Shown: positions 23,569 to 34,500 of the stretch, in pieces
How the letters are laid out: every line of letters begins with the position of its first letter
Position numbering within the stretch: position 1 is the first letter of the stretch
From: Blepharisma stoltei ATCC 30299
Taxonomy: Eukaryota; Protista; Ciliophora
DNA: 64,000 nt
Assembly: GCA_965603825.1 (NCBI GenBank)
Contig: CBFDEM010000037.1
Span: 1-64,000, forward strand
Direction: 5' to 3'
Notes under the pieces: model-generated
What the model was told of the DNA's origin: nothing
What the model saw: the letters and a program-made list of their open reading frames with translations, nothing else
The model's database searches: none
Made by a program: the position numbers and the translations under genes

Positions 23569-23844
23569 ATGGGAGGAGCTATAAGTGTAAACTGCGGGTG
23601 CTTTACTGTCATAAGCTCGGCCTGTAAAGGGGTTAGCTCATATTGGCATCCAAAGCCAAGCTGCGAAAAGCTCTCGATTTTAGAAGAAGATGATTTATAC
23701 CCAGCTGGGCTGCTTTCAGAACAAGAAATTCAGAGGCTGCTGAATGAGAGCTTAGATCTCTATGGGTCTTGCAAAGAGGTAGGGAATAGTCAAGATTATA
23801 GATCGAATGAAGAGTATGCAGTAAATTTTGATAATTCTAATTAA
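23569..23844 (+). CDS. Small hypothetical protein with N-myristoylation/palmitoylation-type N-terminus, 91 aa
   Basis: MGGAISVNCGC (Gly2, Ser6, nearby Cys). Intact ORF, while its duplicate at 25759 is frameshifted. Confidence 0.6.
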   Translation: MGGAISVNCGCFTVISSACKGVSSYWHPKPSCEKLSILEEDDLYPAGLLSEQEIQRLLNESLDLYGSCKEVGNSQDYRSNEEYAVNFDNSN

Positions 23845-24343
23845 CTGTGACACAATTTCAAGTGCTTGGGCTTTTGGGATTTCAATATGAAGGGGTGATC
23901 ATGGGTTTTACCTTTTTTATATTGATAAATGTGAATTAAAATCTCAAATATTAAATATACTTAACTCATCATGTGCCTTTATTATTTTAAGATTTGCTGC
24001 TGAGCCATTTAAAATATTTGTTTCAATAAATCAAAACCTATTCGAAGCCAATTTCAACAGACATGCAAAGTAAATTTTCAGTCGTTTGGTTAAAAAATTG
24101 CATTTTATCCATCTAATTAGAAGTTATCAAAGAGTTAGTTTTGATTATCACATAAACATGATATTTCCTAAACACTTCATAAATCCTAAACCATATTGTA
24201 AACACTTATTTTTAAGCGCACTTACATAAAGAAATATTCATGCAGCTCTAAATGTTCTTAATATCTGTCTCAATTTAAACCTTAATATTACAAAATTTTT
24301 AAATTCTTTTATTATCTAAAATCAAAGGAGAATAAATCTCTGC

Positions 24344-24703
24344 ATGAAACAAATATACAGATTATGTTTTTCCTGCTTCGAAAAAGCCAAGAAAGAGCAA
24401 GAAAAGGAAATTGAAGTTATCAATCCTACAGAAAAGGGCAATATAGATATAAGTACAAAAAAGTTTAATGTAAAAATCGTGAAAGATGATGCAAGTAACT
24501 CCTCATCAAATCACTCGAATTTGGCTATATCAAGCTTGGAAATCTCTAGTGTTTCAAAACAAACTGGATCAGAAGGTAAAAGAGCTTCAGAGCTGATAAA
24601 TGCCAATGCAATAGCCTTTACACCAGATGGCTATAAAAGAAAAAAGTATGTCAAGCACAACAACCGAAAATTGAGCGAAGATTCAAAATCAGGAATAAGT
24701 TAA
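24344..24703 (+). CDS. Hypothetical Ser/Lys-rich protein, 119 aa
   Basis: ATG-TAA ORF with coding-like composition between AT-rich spacers. N-terminal LCFSCF is a possible S-acylation site. No domain recognised. Confidence 0.55.
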   Translation: MKQIYRLCFSCFEKAKKEQEKEIEVINPTEKGNIDISTKKFNVKIVKDDASNSSSNHSNLAISSLEISSVSKQTGSEGKRASELINANAIAFTPDGYKRKKYVKHNNRKLSEDSKSGIS

Positions 24704-25097
24704 ATAAACCTTAAGGATGTAAAGAATCATCTTCTCCAGTATAAACTCTGATTTTAAATATTATGATTAATAAAAAAAACTTGATTATTGGATAATTATA
24801 AATATAGATTTATCAAATGTAAAAAGTTAAATGAATTAACTTTTAAGTAAATTAAAGTATGTATAATAAGTAATGTCCTAAAATTAGAAATTTTAAAATA
24901 CCGCACATAAAAAATATAATGTTTAGCTGCATAGAAGATTTAGAATTTTTATAAATGTAATTCTTAAGCTTAGCTTAATTATGATTGCTAGTAAGATATA
25001 TGCTTTCTTATATCTGTGGCCAATTAATAGGCTCAAATTGTTCTAAAAGTTATTGTTGTGCCAGTATCATTTGCCTTTATAAACTTTATCAAGTAAA

Positions 25098-25566
25098 ATG
25101 GCATTGTGCACAGTTACGCAACATCAAAATATTCAAGTTAAAGAGCCTCAAAAGAAGATCAAAAGCGTTAAAAATATGAAAAAAAGAAAAATATCTACCC
25201 TTCCTCTATTCTTATTCAAAAAAAGTGTATATGTGCTAAAAATTTGCAAAAAAATATAATCAGATACAAGATTTTATGTTTTAATTACTTTTAAATGTGA
25301 GAGTATAATGGATGGAACTCATCAGATTTTATGGATTTCAATTTTCAACTCAGCTTTGGAAAAAATGTTGACAACCAGATTGAAGAATCTAGAAAAAAAT
25401 AGAAGATAATAAAGTTTTAGAGCAAAAATTGACAGAAATAAAAGTTTCTAATAAAGAGAAGAAAATTTATATTGCAAAAAAAGATAGCAAGCGAGGAAAA
25501 TGCTCTGGTTGTTTTAAGTTGCCAAGCATTGAAGATGCTATGCTGGAAACAATGATTAAATTATAA
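25098..25566 (+). pseudogene. Degenerate paralogue of the 26281-26724 gene
   Basis: Shares EPQKK..K.VKNMKKRK, EYNGW.SS.FMDF, LEQKLTEIK.SNKEKK and FKL..IED.MLE.M.K blocks, but has a premature TAA (~25257) and a 1-nt frameshift in the A-run near 25395. Confidence 0.75.
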
Positions 25567-25758
25567 GTATCTATAAATTTAGTTAATTATGATAGGTATG
25601 CATACTCTATTTTCAATGATGCCGTTCCCTGTGCTACGGGTTTCATTTTGATCAGCAGCCAGTCTAGAAAATTCTCTTTTCGAATTTTTGGAAATAGTAA
25701 CCCTAGCATGTAGTAAGGCGAACCATCGTTCTCACTTTCGGGATAGCTAGAGCAAGTC

Positions 25759-26001
25759 ATATTACGATAGAAATGGGAGAGCTATAAGTGTAAACTGCGG
25801 GTGTTTACTGTCATAAGCTCGGCCTGTAAAGGGGTTAGCTCATATTGGCACCCAAAGCCAAGCTGCGAAAAGCTCTCGATTTTAGAAGAAGATGATTTAT
25901 ACCCAGCTGGGCTGCTTTCAGAACAAGAAATTCAGAGGCTACTAAATGAGAGCTTAGATCTCTATGGGTCTTGCAAAGAGGTAGAATGGTCAAGATTATA
26001 G
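25759..26001 (+). pseudogene. Near-identical inserted copy of 23555-23801 flanked by 16-bp direct repeats
   Basis: Matches 23555-23801 except three small deletions and a few substitutions. Flanks ATAGCTAGAGCAAGTC (25743-25758) and ATAGCTAGTGCAAGCC (25998-26013). Confidence 0.88.
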
Positions 26002-26280
26002 CTAGTGCAAGCCCTCTCCCAAGAGAAGTAAGATGGTGAAACTTCGTTTTAGAACTTGTAAGCAGAAATCTGAGCGAATTAAGGGACATGAAAAACCATT
26101 ATAGCTGGCTAGGAGCTTCTTAATAATATCTAAGCTAAGCTAAAAGGGCGAAGCAAAAGATATATTTCGATATTTATTAGATGTCTAAATAAATTATAAT
26201 TTTAGACTAAGAAATTGTAATTTTCTTTCAATTATGTAAAATTGGAAAGACATATTAGACAGTTTCATAATAAAAATTAA

Positions 26281-26724
26281 ATGACATTTTGGATAGCAAC
26301 AGAACAAAAAAATATTTATGCTTCAGAGCCTCAAAAGAAGCCTAAAGGTGTAAAAAATATGAAAAAGAGAAAAACTCCGAAGAAATTAATAAAAAACTTT
26401 TATCCCCGTTGTAGAGGATGAGGGGTAGGCTATTGGCGCAAAATGAGATGGGAGTATAATGGATGAGACTCCTCACACTTTATGGATTTCGGTTCTCACT
26501 TAAGTTATGGGGAAAATGCTGAAAAAGAAATTAAAAATGCCCGAGCAAAAATAGAAGAAAATAAGGATTTGGAGCAAAAACTTACAGAAATAAAAGAGTC
26601 TAATAAAGAAAAGAAACTTGATAAGGCAAAAAAATATAAAAGGCGAGGGGAATATTTAGATATTTATAAGTTTAAGCTGTCAACCATTGAAGATACTATG
26701 CTGGAAATAATGTCAAAGATATAA
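26281..26724 (+). CDS. Hypothetical basic protein, 147 aa
   Basis: ATG 26281 is in frame with track ORF 26482 through two TGA=Trp: MTFWIATEQKN...RCRGWGVGYWRKMRWEYNGWDSSHFMDF...KFKLSTIEDTMLEIMSKI. Supported by an adjacent decayed paralogue. Confidence 0.65.
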
Positions 26725-27449
26725 ATATTGATATTTTTAAAATATATGAATAATTTATTCAGTTCTCAATATTTAATGAATTTTAATTCTATCGATCAAA
26801 AGCATAATGCACATAATTAATTCTAAAATATTGAAATTTGGTTATAAGGCAAGATTTATCTTCTATAAAAGGCTTCCAAGACATATTGTGTCTAAAGGCT
26901 TAGCCATGAGGTGGGCTTCTCAGCCCAACTTTACAGTAGAGGTATTCCCATAATCGGCCAGAAATCACCATTTCCTACTCGAACACCAAATTGCAAACCC
27001 CGCTTGCCTAATCAGATTGTCCAATGAAGGGATCTTTTTCGACAGAAAAGGCTCTCATTTCTTTATACTTGCTCTCTGTGGAGCCTTTTCAATTGGGTCA
27101 TTCTCAAATGAAAATCAGCAATTCTTGACAAAATCACTTAGCAGCTGAGGCTGGTATACCACTCTCCATTTTTCGAACACGCATTCTGGAGCTGCTGACA
27201 AAAAAAATCAAGCCACCACTAAAAAGCGGAAATAGTTCTTAGACAGCTTCTTGCACCAAAATACTACTTTTATATATACATAAGATAGAATTCACTGATC
27301 ATTGACAATTTTATGCATATAAACACGAATAAATTATCATAATGCCAAAGCTCATAACTTACTACCAAAGCTTTCAGATGGACCTGCTAGATTTAGCTAC
27401 TAACTTCAAGTTAGATTCACTGGCTTGACCGCAAATCTTCTAAAATTCA

Positions 27450-28514
27450 ATATAAATAAATAAACATTCATCTCTCTGTTGCTGTTATTTTAAAATGAAT
27501 TTTAGCAGGTTAAGTTATTTGAAACTTTTAATTTAAAGTAAAATTAAATAATCCTAAACAATTTTCAAAATGCACAATAAAAAGCTATTTGAAAAAGCAA
27601 TGCAAAATTTATATATAAAATTAAGGAATAAATTTTTCCTTTTATGAATTTATCTAAATAAATTTCAATTCTTATATTAAATTTTATTAATTCTAAAGAT
27701 AGATCTATATATTTAATCAAACATTTATTAAATTTATATTTATTTAACTCGATAAATAATTTTCTTAAATAAAATCCCATAAACTTGACTAAATATTTTT
27801 ACTAACCATCTTTTATTTTGGTTTTGCTAAAAATTTACTGATTGCCAATAATTTCATCCTGAATGTTTTACTCAAATTTAATTTATTTTACCTAATGCTC
27901 AAAAAAATCTTTCCTTTAGCTTTTCTTCATATCGATGGTGTATTTATTTTCTATTTAAATATAAAGACCTTAATTTAAACTAAAAATTCATAAGGAAACA
28001 AGAAGCTTTATAAATATCATTAAGATGGAAATATTAAATTATAAATTTATTTCTCCCGAATTCTTTAAATAGAAAATATTTAGCCGCGAATTATATACAA
28101 CCTAGTTAAAAATTCGACATCTTTTGGTCAATTTTCTATCGATTTTTTGGCCCTAGCTAATATTTAAGATTCAATGGAAATAGTTGATAGTTTTTGTTGA
28201 TAAAATTTATCAAAAGCTATCAAAGTTTATTTCAATTCTAAATGTTTCTTATAATTTAATCTAATTAATAACTATATTAATCTTTTAATCCCTTATCAGG
28301 TCCTTGGGTTAAGGCTCCCATAATTATAAAAATTTCTTAATTTGTCGTAAAAATTCCGTCATTTTTATCCAGCTAATAATTTTATTATCTTAATTTGAAC
28401 CTCTGGCTCCACAATCTTCCATAATTTAAGTTTATAAGCTAAATTTTATTGTTAAAAAGGGTCACTTAAGTTAAGGATTTTTTTCCATTGTTCAAAAATT
28501 TACCTATTAAAGCC
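27450..28514 (+). promoter_or_regulatory. ~1 kb extremely AT-rich non-coding region upstream of the giant gene
   Basis: No credible ORF on either strand; lies directly 5' of ATG 28515. Specific elements not identifiable. Confidence 0.35.
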
Positions 28515-31500
28515 ATGGCTTATAAAAATATGTTTAAGCGATTTCTTCTTTGCTTTATCATAGCTTTTATGCAGCTTCATGCTGCTGAAGTCGCTGATTC
28601 GAGCGTTCCTCTTGCTAAAATGAGTGAGATGTTTAACTTTACGTTGACATCTGACTATGCGGGTATTGAAGACCCTCCTCAAAAGAATATATCTGTGATG
28701 AGAGAGCCTCAAGGATCAAGATATGGAAGAGCTCTTTTGGTCACTCCCTGTTCTCCTGGGAATTATGACAACTCAGGTATTTGCTCACCTTGTGGGACAA
28801 TGTGCGCTTATTGTGATGACAATGGAAACTGTTTGGGCTGCCAAAACAACTATACAATGATAATCAGCTCAAATAAAAAGGACTGCGAGTGTAACGATGC
28901 TACTGCTACAGCTGGAACCTGCATTTGTCCACAAGCTAATCCTTGGTTTGATGGATCGACTTGCCAAACTTGTGAATCAGGCAGTTATTATGGAAGCTCT
29001 GGATGCACTGCTTGTTCAACATCAGGGTCTATTAGAGTTAGATCAATGATCAAAGCCAAGAAAAGTCCAAGCTGCTGTCCTGACGGCAAATATTTAGATA
29101 GCTCAAATTCAAAATGTTCAACTTGTGATGCAAACTGTGAGCTTTGTGAAGATGGAGCTGCTGGCCGTTGTGATAAATGCACTAAAAAATTAATTTTGGC
29201 GTCAAAAGTTAAAATAAAGAAAACTTCTTGTTGTGTCGATGGACAGTTTAGAAGCAGCACTGTTAGTTCATGCACACCATGCCCTGATGTGAATTGCAAT
29301 CAATGTGCAGATAGTGGAAGTGGGAATACTTGCATTCAATGTTCAAAAACCTTTACCGTTACATCAAGACTTAAAGTGAAGAAAACTTCTTGCTGTGACG
29401 AAGGAAAATTTAGAAGCAGCACTGTTAGTCCATGCACACCATGCCCTGATATTAATTGCAAATACTGTGAAGATAGTGGAAGTGGGAATAATTGCCTTCA
29501 ATGTGCAAAGACCTTAACTGTTGCAGATACACTTCAAGTAAAGAAAACAACATGCTGTCAAGAAGGAAAATTCGTAAGCAGCTCTCAAGCAAGTTGTGCA
29601 AACTGTCCTGACTTAAATTGCAAATTCTGCGAAGACAGTGGAAGTGGGAATACTTGCCTTCAATGCGCAAAGACATTAACCGTCGCAGCAAATGTTAAAA
29701 TTAAGAAAACTTCGTGCTGTGTCGAAGGACAATTTAGAAGCAGCACTGTTAGTTCATGCACACCATGCCCTGATACTCATTGCAAATACTGTGCAGATAG
29801 TGGAAGTGGGAATACTTGCATTCAATGCGCAAAGACCTTAACTGTCGCATCAAGTCTTAAAGTGAAGAAAACTTCGTGCTGTGTAGATGGACAATTTAGA
29901 AGCAGCACTGTTAGTTTATGCACACCATGCCCTGATACTAATTGCAAGCAATGCGAAGACAGTGGAAGTGGGAATACTTGCATTCAATGCTCAAAAACCT
30001 TTACCGTTGCATCAAGACTTAAAGTGAAGAAAACTTCTTGCTGTGACGAAGGAAAATTCGTAAGCAGCACTGTTAGTCCATGCACATCATGCCCTGATAT
30101 TAATTGCAAATACTGTGAAGATAGTGGAAGTGGGAATAATTGCCTTCAATGTGCAAAGACCTTAACTGTTGCAGATACACTTCAAGTAAAGAAAACAACA
30201 TGCTGTCAAGAAGGAAAATTCATAAGCGGCTCTCAAACGACTTGTGCAAGCTGTCCTGACTCAAATTGCAAATTCTGTGAAGACAGTGGAACTGGGACAA
30301 ACTGTCTCCAATGCCAAAACACCTTATCCTTAGCGAATAAGGTGAAAATTAAAAAGACCTCTTGCTGTTTAGAAGGATTTTATGTTAGTAGTAGTCAAAC
30401 TACATGTGCAGCCTGTGCTAGCCCGAATTGCAAATACTGTGAAGACAGTGGAAGTGGGGATACTTGCCTTCAATGCTCAAATCTTATAACGATGACTCCC
30501 AAACTGAAAGTAAAGAAAACTACTTGTTGTGATGATGGGTATTTCATTAGCAGCACTACCACTCAATGCACAAAATGCCCTGATACTAATTGCAAGCTCT
30601 GTCAAGATAATGGAAGTGGGAACACTTGCATTCAATGCTCCAATCTTTTAACTGTTACAGATACTTTGAAAATAAAGAAAACATCATGCTGCGACGCTAA
30701 AAACTTTGTTAGTGACAAGCATTCTTCATGCACCGCCTGTAAAGACTCAAACTGTCAATACTGTGAGGATAGTGGAGACGGAGACAATTGTCTTCAGTGC
30801 TCAAAGACCTTCTCTTTCTCAGATAAACTTCAAGTAAAGAAAACATCATGCTGTCAAGAAGGAAATTTTGTAAGCGGCTCTCAAACGACTTGTGCAAGCT
30901 GCCCTGACTCAAATTGCAAATTCTGTGAAGATAGTGGAACTGGGACAAACTGTCTCCAATGCCAAAACACCTTATCCTTAGCGAATAAGCTGAAAATTAA
31001 AAAGACCTCTTGCTGTGACGAAGGATTTTATGTTAGTAGTAGTCAGCTTACGTGTGCAGCCTGTGCTAGCCCGAATTGCAAATACTGTGGAGACAGTGGA
31101 AGTGGGAATACTTGCCTTCAATGCTCTGATCTTTTGACGATGACTACCCAACTGAAAGTAAAGAAAACTACTTGTTGTGATGATGGGTATTTCATTAGCA
31201 GCACTACAACTCAATGCACAAAATGCCCTGATGAAAATTGCAAACAATGTACAGACAGTGGAAGTGGGAACACTTGCATTCAATGCTCCAATCTTTTAAC
31301 TGTTACAGATACTTTGAAAATAAAGAAAACATCATGCTGCGACGCTAAAAACTTTGTTAGTGACAAGCATTCTTCATGCACCGCCTGTAAAGACTCAAAC
31401 TGTCAATACTGTGAGGATAGTGGAGACGGAGACAATTGTCTTCAGTGCTCAAAGACCTTCTCTTTCTCAGATAAACTTCAAGTAAAGAAAACATCATGCT

Positions 31501-34500
31501 GTCAAGAAGGAAATTTTGTAAGCAGCTCTCAAACGACTTGTGCAAACTGCCCTGACTCAAATTGCAAATTCTGTGAAGACAGTGGAACTGGGACAAACTG
31601 TCTCCAATGCCAAAGCACCTTATCCTTAGCGAATAAGCTGAAAATTAAAAAGACCTCTTGCTGTGACGAAGGATTTTATGTTAGTAGTAGCCAGCTTACA
31701 TGTGCAGCCTGTGCTAGCCCGAATTGCAATTACTGTGAAGACAGTGGAAGTGGGAATACTTGCCTTCAATGCTCTAATCTTTTAACTGTGGCAGATACTT
31801 TGAAGATTAAGAAAACAACATGCTGTGATGAAGGAAAGTACATTACCGGTACTAAAACCCAATGTGAAAATTGTGCTGATTCAAATTGCAAATTCTGCGA
31901 AGACAGTGGAACTGGAACAACTTGTCTTCAATGCAAGAAGACCTTATCCTTCACAGACGCACTTCAAGTAAAGAAAACATCATGCTGTCAAGAAGGAAAA
32001 TTCATAAGCGGTTCTCAAACGACTTGTGCAAGCTGCCCTGACTCAAATTGCAAATTCTGTGAAGACAGTGGAACTGGGACAAACTGTCTCCAATGCCAAA
32101 ACACCTTATCCTTAGCGTATAAGGTGAAAATTAAAAAGACCTCTTGCTGTGACAAAGGATATTATGTTAGTAGTAGTCAACTTACATGTGCAGCCTGTGC
32201 TAGCCCGAATTGCAATTACTGTGAAGACAGTGGAAGTGGGGATACTTGCCTTCAATGCTCTAATCTCTTAACGATGACTCCCCAACTGAAAGTAAAGAAA
32301 ACAACTTGCTGTCTTGATGGGTATTTCATTAGCAGCACTACCACTGAATGCACAAAATGCCCTGATACTAATTGCAATATCTGCGAGGACAGTGGAGCTG
32401 GTTCAAGTTGTCTCCAATGCGCTAAAACTTTATCAATTTCAGATACTTTGAATATTAAGAAAACCACTTGTTGCAATGAAGGAAAATTTGTAAGCGCTAC
32501 TCATTTACAATGCTCAAACTGTGCTGATTCAAATTGCAAATACTGTGAAGATAGCGGAGAAGGTACAGTTTGCAATCAATGCAAAAAGACATTTAGCTTT
32601 ACAGATACTTTGGAGATAAAGAAAACATCATGCTGTAGTGAAGGAAAATTTGTTAGCGATGCTCACACTGCATGTATAGCTTGTGACAGCCCAAATTGCA
32701 AATACTGTGAAGATAGTGGAGACGGGGAAAAATGTCTTCAATGCTCTAATCTCTTAAGCTTTAGCAACACTCTCAAAATAAAGAAAACGACTTGCTGCCC
32801 AGATGGACAATATGTTAGTAGCACTCAAGCAACCTGCGCGCCATGTGCTGACAATAAATGCAGCATTTGTGAGGATAGTGGATCTGGCACAACTTGTCTT
32901 AAATGCTCTGGAATTTTAACTGTTTCTGACACTTTGAATATAAAGAAAACGACTTGCTGTGAAGATGGGAAATTTGTTAGCGGCACTAATCCTGCATGCA
33001 CTAACTGCTTTGACAGCAACTGCAAGATCTGTGAAGATAGCGGGGATGGAAAAGTTTGTCTTGACTGTGCTAAAAAGCTTAAATTTACAGACACCCTCAA
33101 TATCAAAAAGACCACATGCTGCACTTTAACTACTTACCTAAATGGAGGTAAATGTGACCCTTGCCCTAGCAAATGTGATGCCTGTGAAGATGTGACCGGT
33201 GAATGTATAACATGTTCAGAAAAAGTCAAGTTCACTGGCTCCTTAGTGAAGCCATCATCATGCTGCGTAGATGGAACTTATTATAGCGGTGGCACTTGTG
33301 TGTCCTGTGATGAAACTTGTGCTACCTGCGATAAAGATACTGGAAAATGCCTTACTTGTCTGGATAAGATGGAAAGAGACTCAGATAGCGATGACATGAA
33401 ATGCAAGTGTATAGGTGACCAAACTCAGTCAGGGAAAGTCTGCTCATGCCCAATTGGGAAGTTTTTCAATGGACAAGTATGCTCAGTCTGTGGCCATTTC
33501 TGCGACACTTGCACCTTGGATAGTGTCACTTGCAAAACTTGCATTGATCAATCAAGAATGATGCTGAATACCGATAAGCCTGCTGAATGCAAGTGCAAAG
33601 GAAATAATCAACAAGAAAAAGCAAATGGATCCGGCTGCATCTGTAAAACCCCAGACACTTATTTCAAAAATGATGACTGTATTTCTTGCGGCGTGAACTG
33701 TTTAATTTGTGACGATACTGGAGGTTGCACATCTTGTGTGAAAAATGTAGCGCTAAAAGGTAGCTTAACTGATCCAGCTTTATGCTGCGCATCAGGGAAT
33801 TATTATGACTCAGTAAATCTACGTTGTATTCCTTGTGAGGAAAATTGTGCTACCTGTGATGCCCACACTGGAGTATGTGCTACTTGCAAGAAATCGAAGA
33901 TGGAGGTGGACCCAACAAATACCAAAACTTGCCACTGCATCGGAGACCAAGCATTAGTTGGAGGAGAATGCACATGCTCACAAGGATTATTTTTTAATGG
34001 GCAAACATGCTCATCTTGTGGCACTTTCTGCAAAACTTGTGAGGACAATACCGGTAAATGCTCGGCCTGTATTGACAGTGACAGAATGAATTTAAGCACT
34101 ACCAATAATAAAGTATGCGAATGCAAAGGAGTCAATCAAACACCAACAGCCACCAGCTGCACCTGCGCTGCAGGCAAATATTTCAGCAATGGCGACTGTG
34201 TAAATTGTGATAGCACTTGTCCTGACTGTGATGCTATCACTGGAAATTGCAAGACTTGCGTTGATACTTCTTCAAGAATGGCAGTCTCTCAGTCTGACTC
34301 AAAGAAATGTCAATGTCTCGGATCGCAACAGCTTGTCTCCAATCAATGTTCTTGTGCCTCAGGCTCTTATTATGCAGGCAGCACGTGTGAGACATGCGGT
34401 GACAACTGTCAAATCTGTGCCGATCTCTCAGGACAATGTAGCTCCTGCAAATCTTCAAGAATGATTTTTGACTCAAATGACTCAAAGAAATGCGTCTGCA

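Noticed and set aside
26860-27440. Coding-like, moderately GC-rich stretch
   Set aside because: Multiple TAA/TAG in the frames read and no family motif recognised; at most an unassigned relic.
27565-27780. 71-aa minus-strand ORF
   Set aside because: Extreme AT content giving an F/I/K/N/L/Y-biased translation; non-coding.
1773-28500. Retained IESs or transposons (TA-bounded elements, PiggyBac/Tc1-mariner ORFs)
   Set aside because: No transposase or RT motifs or terminal inverted repeats seen; IES status cannot be judged without a MIC/MAC comparison.
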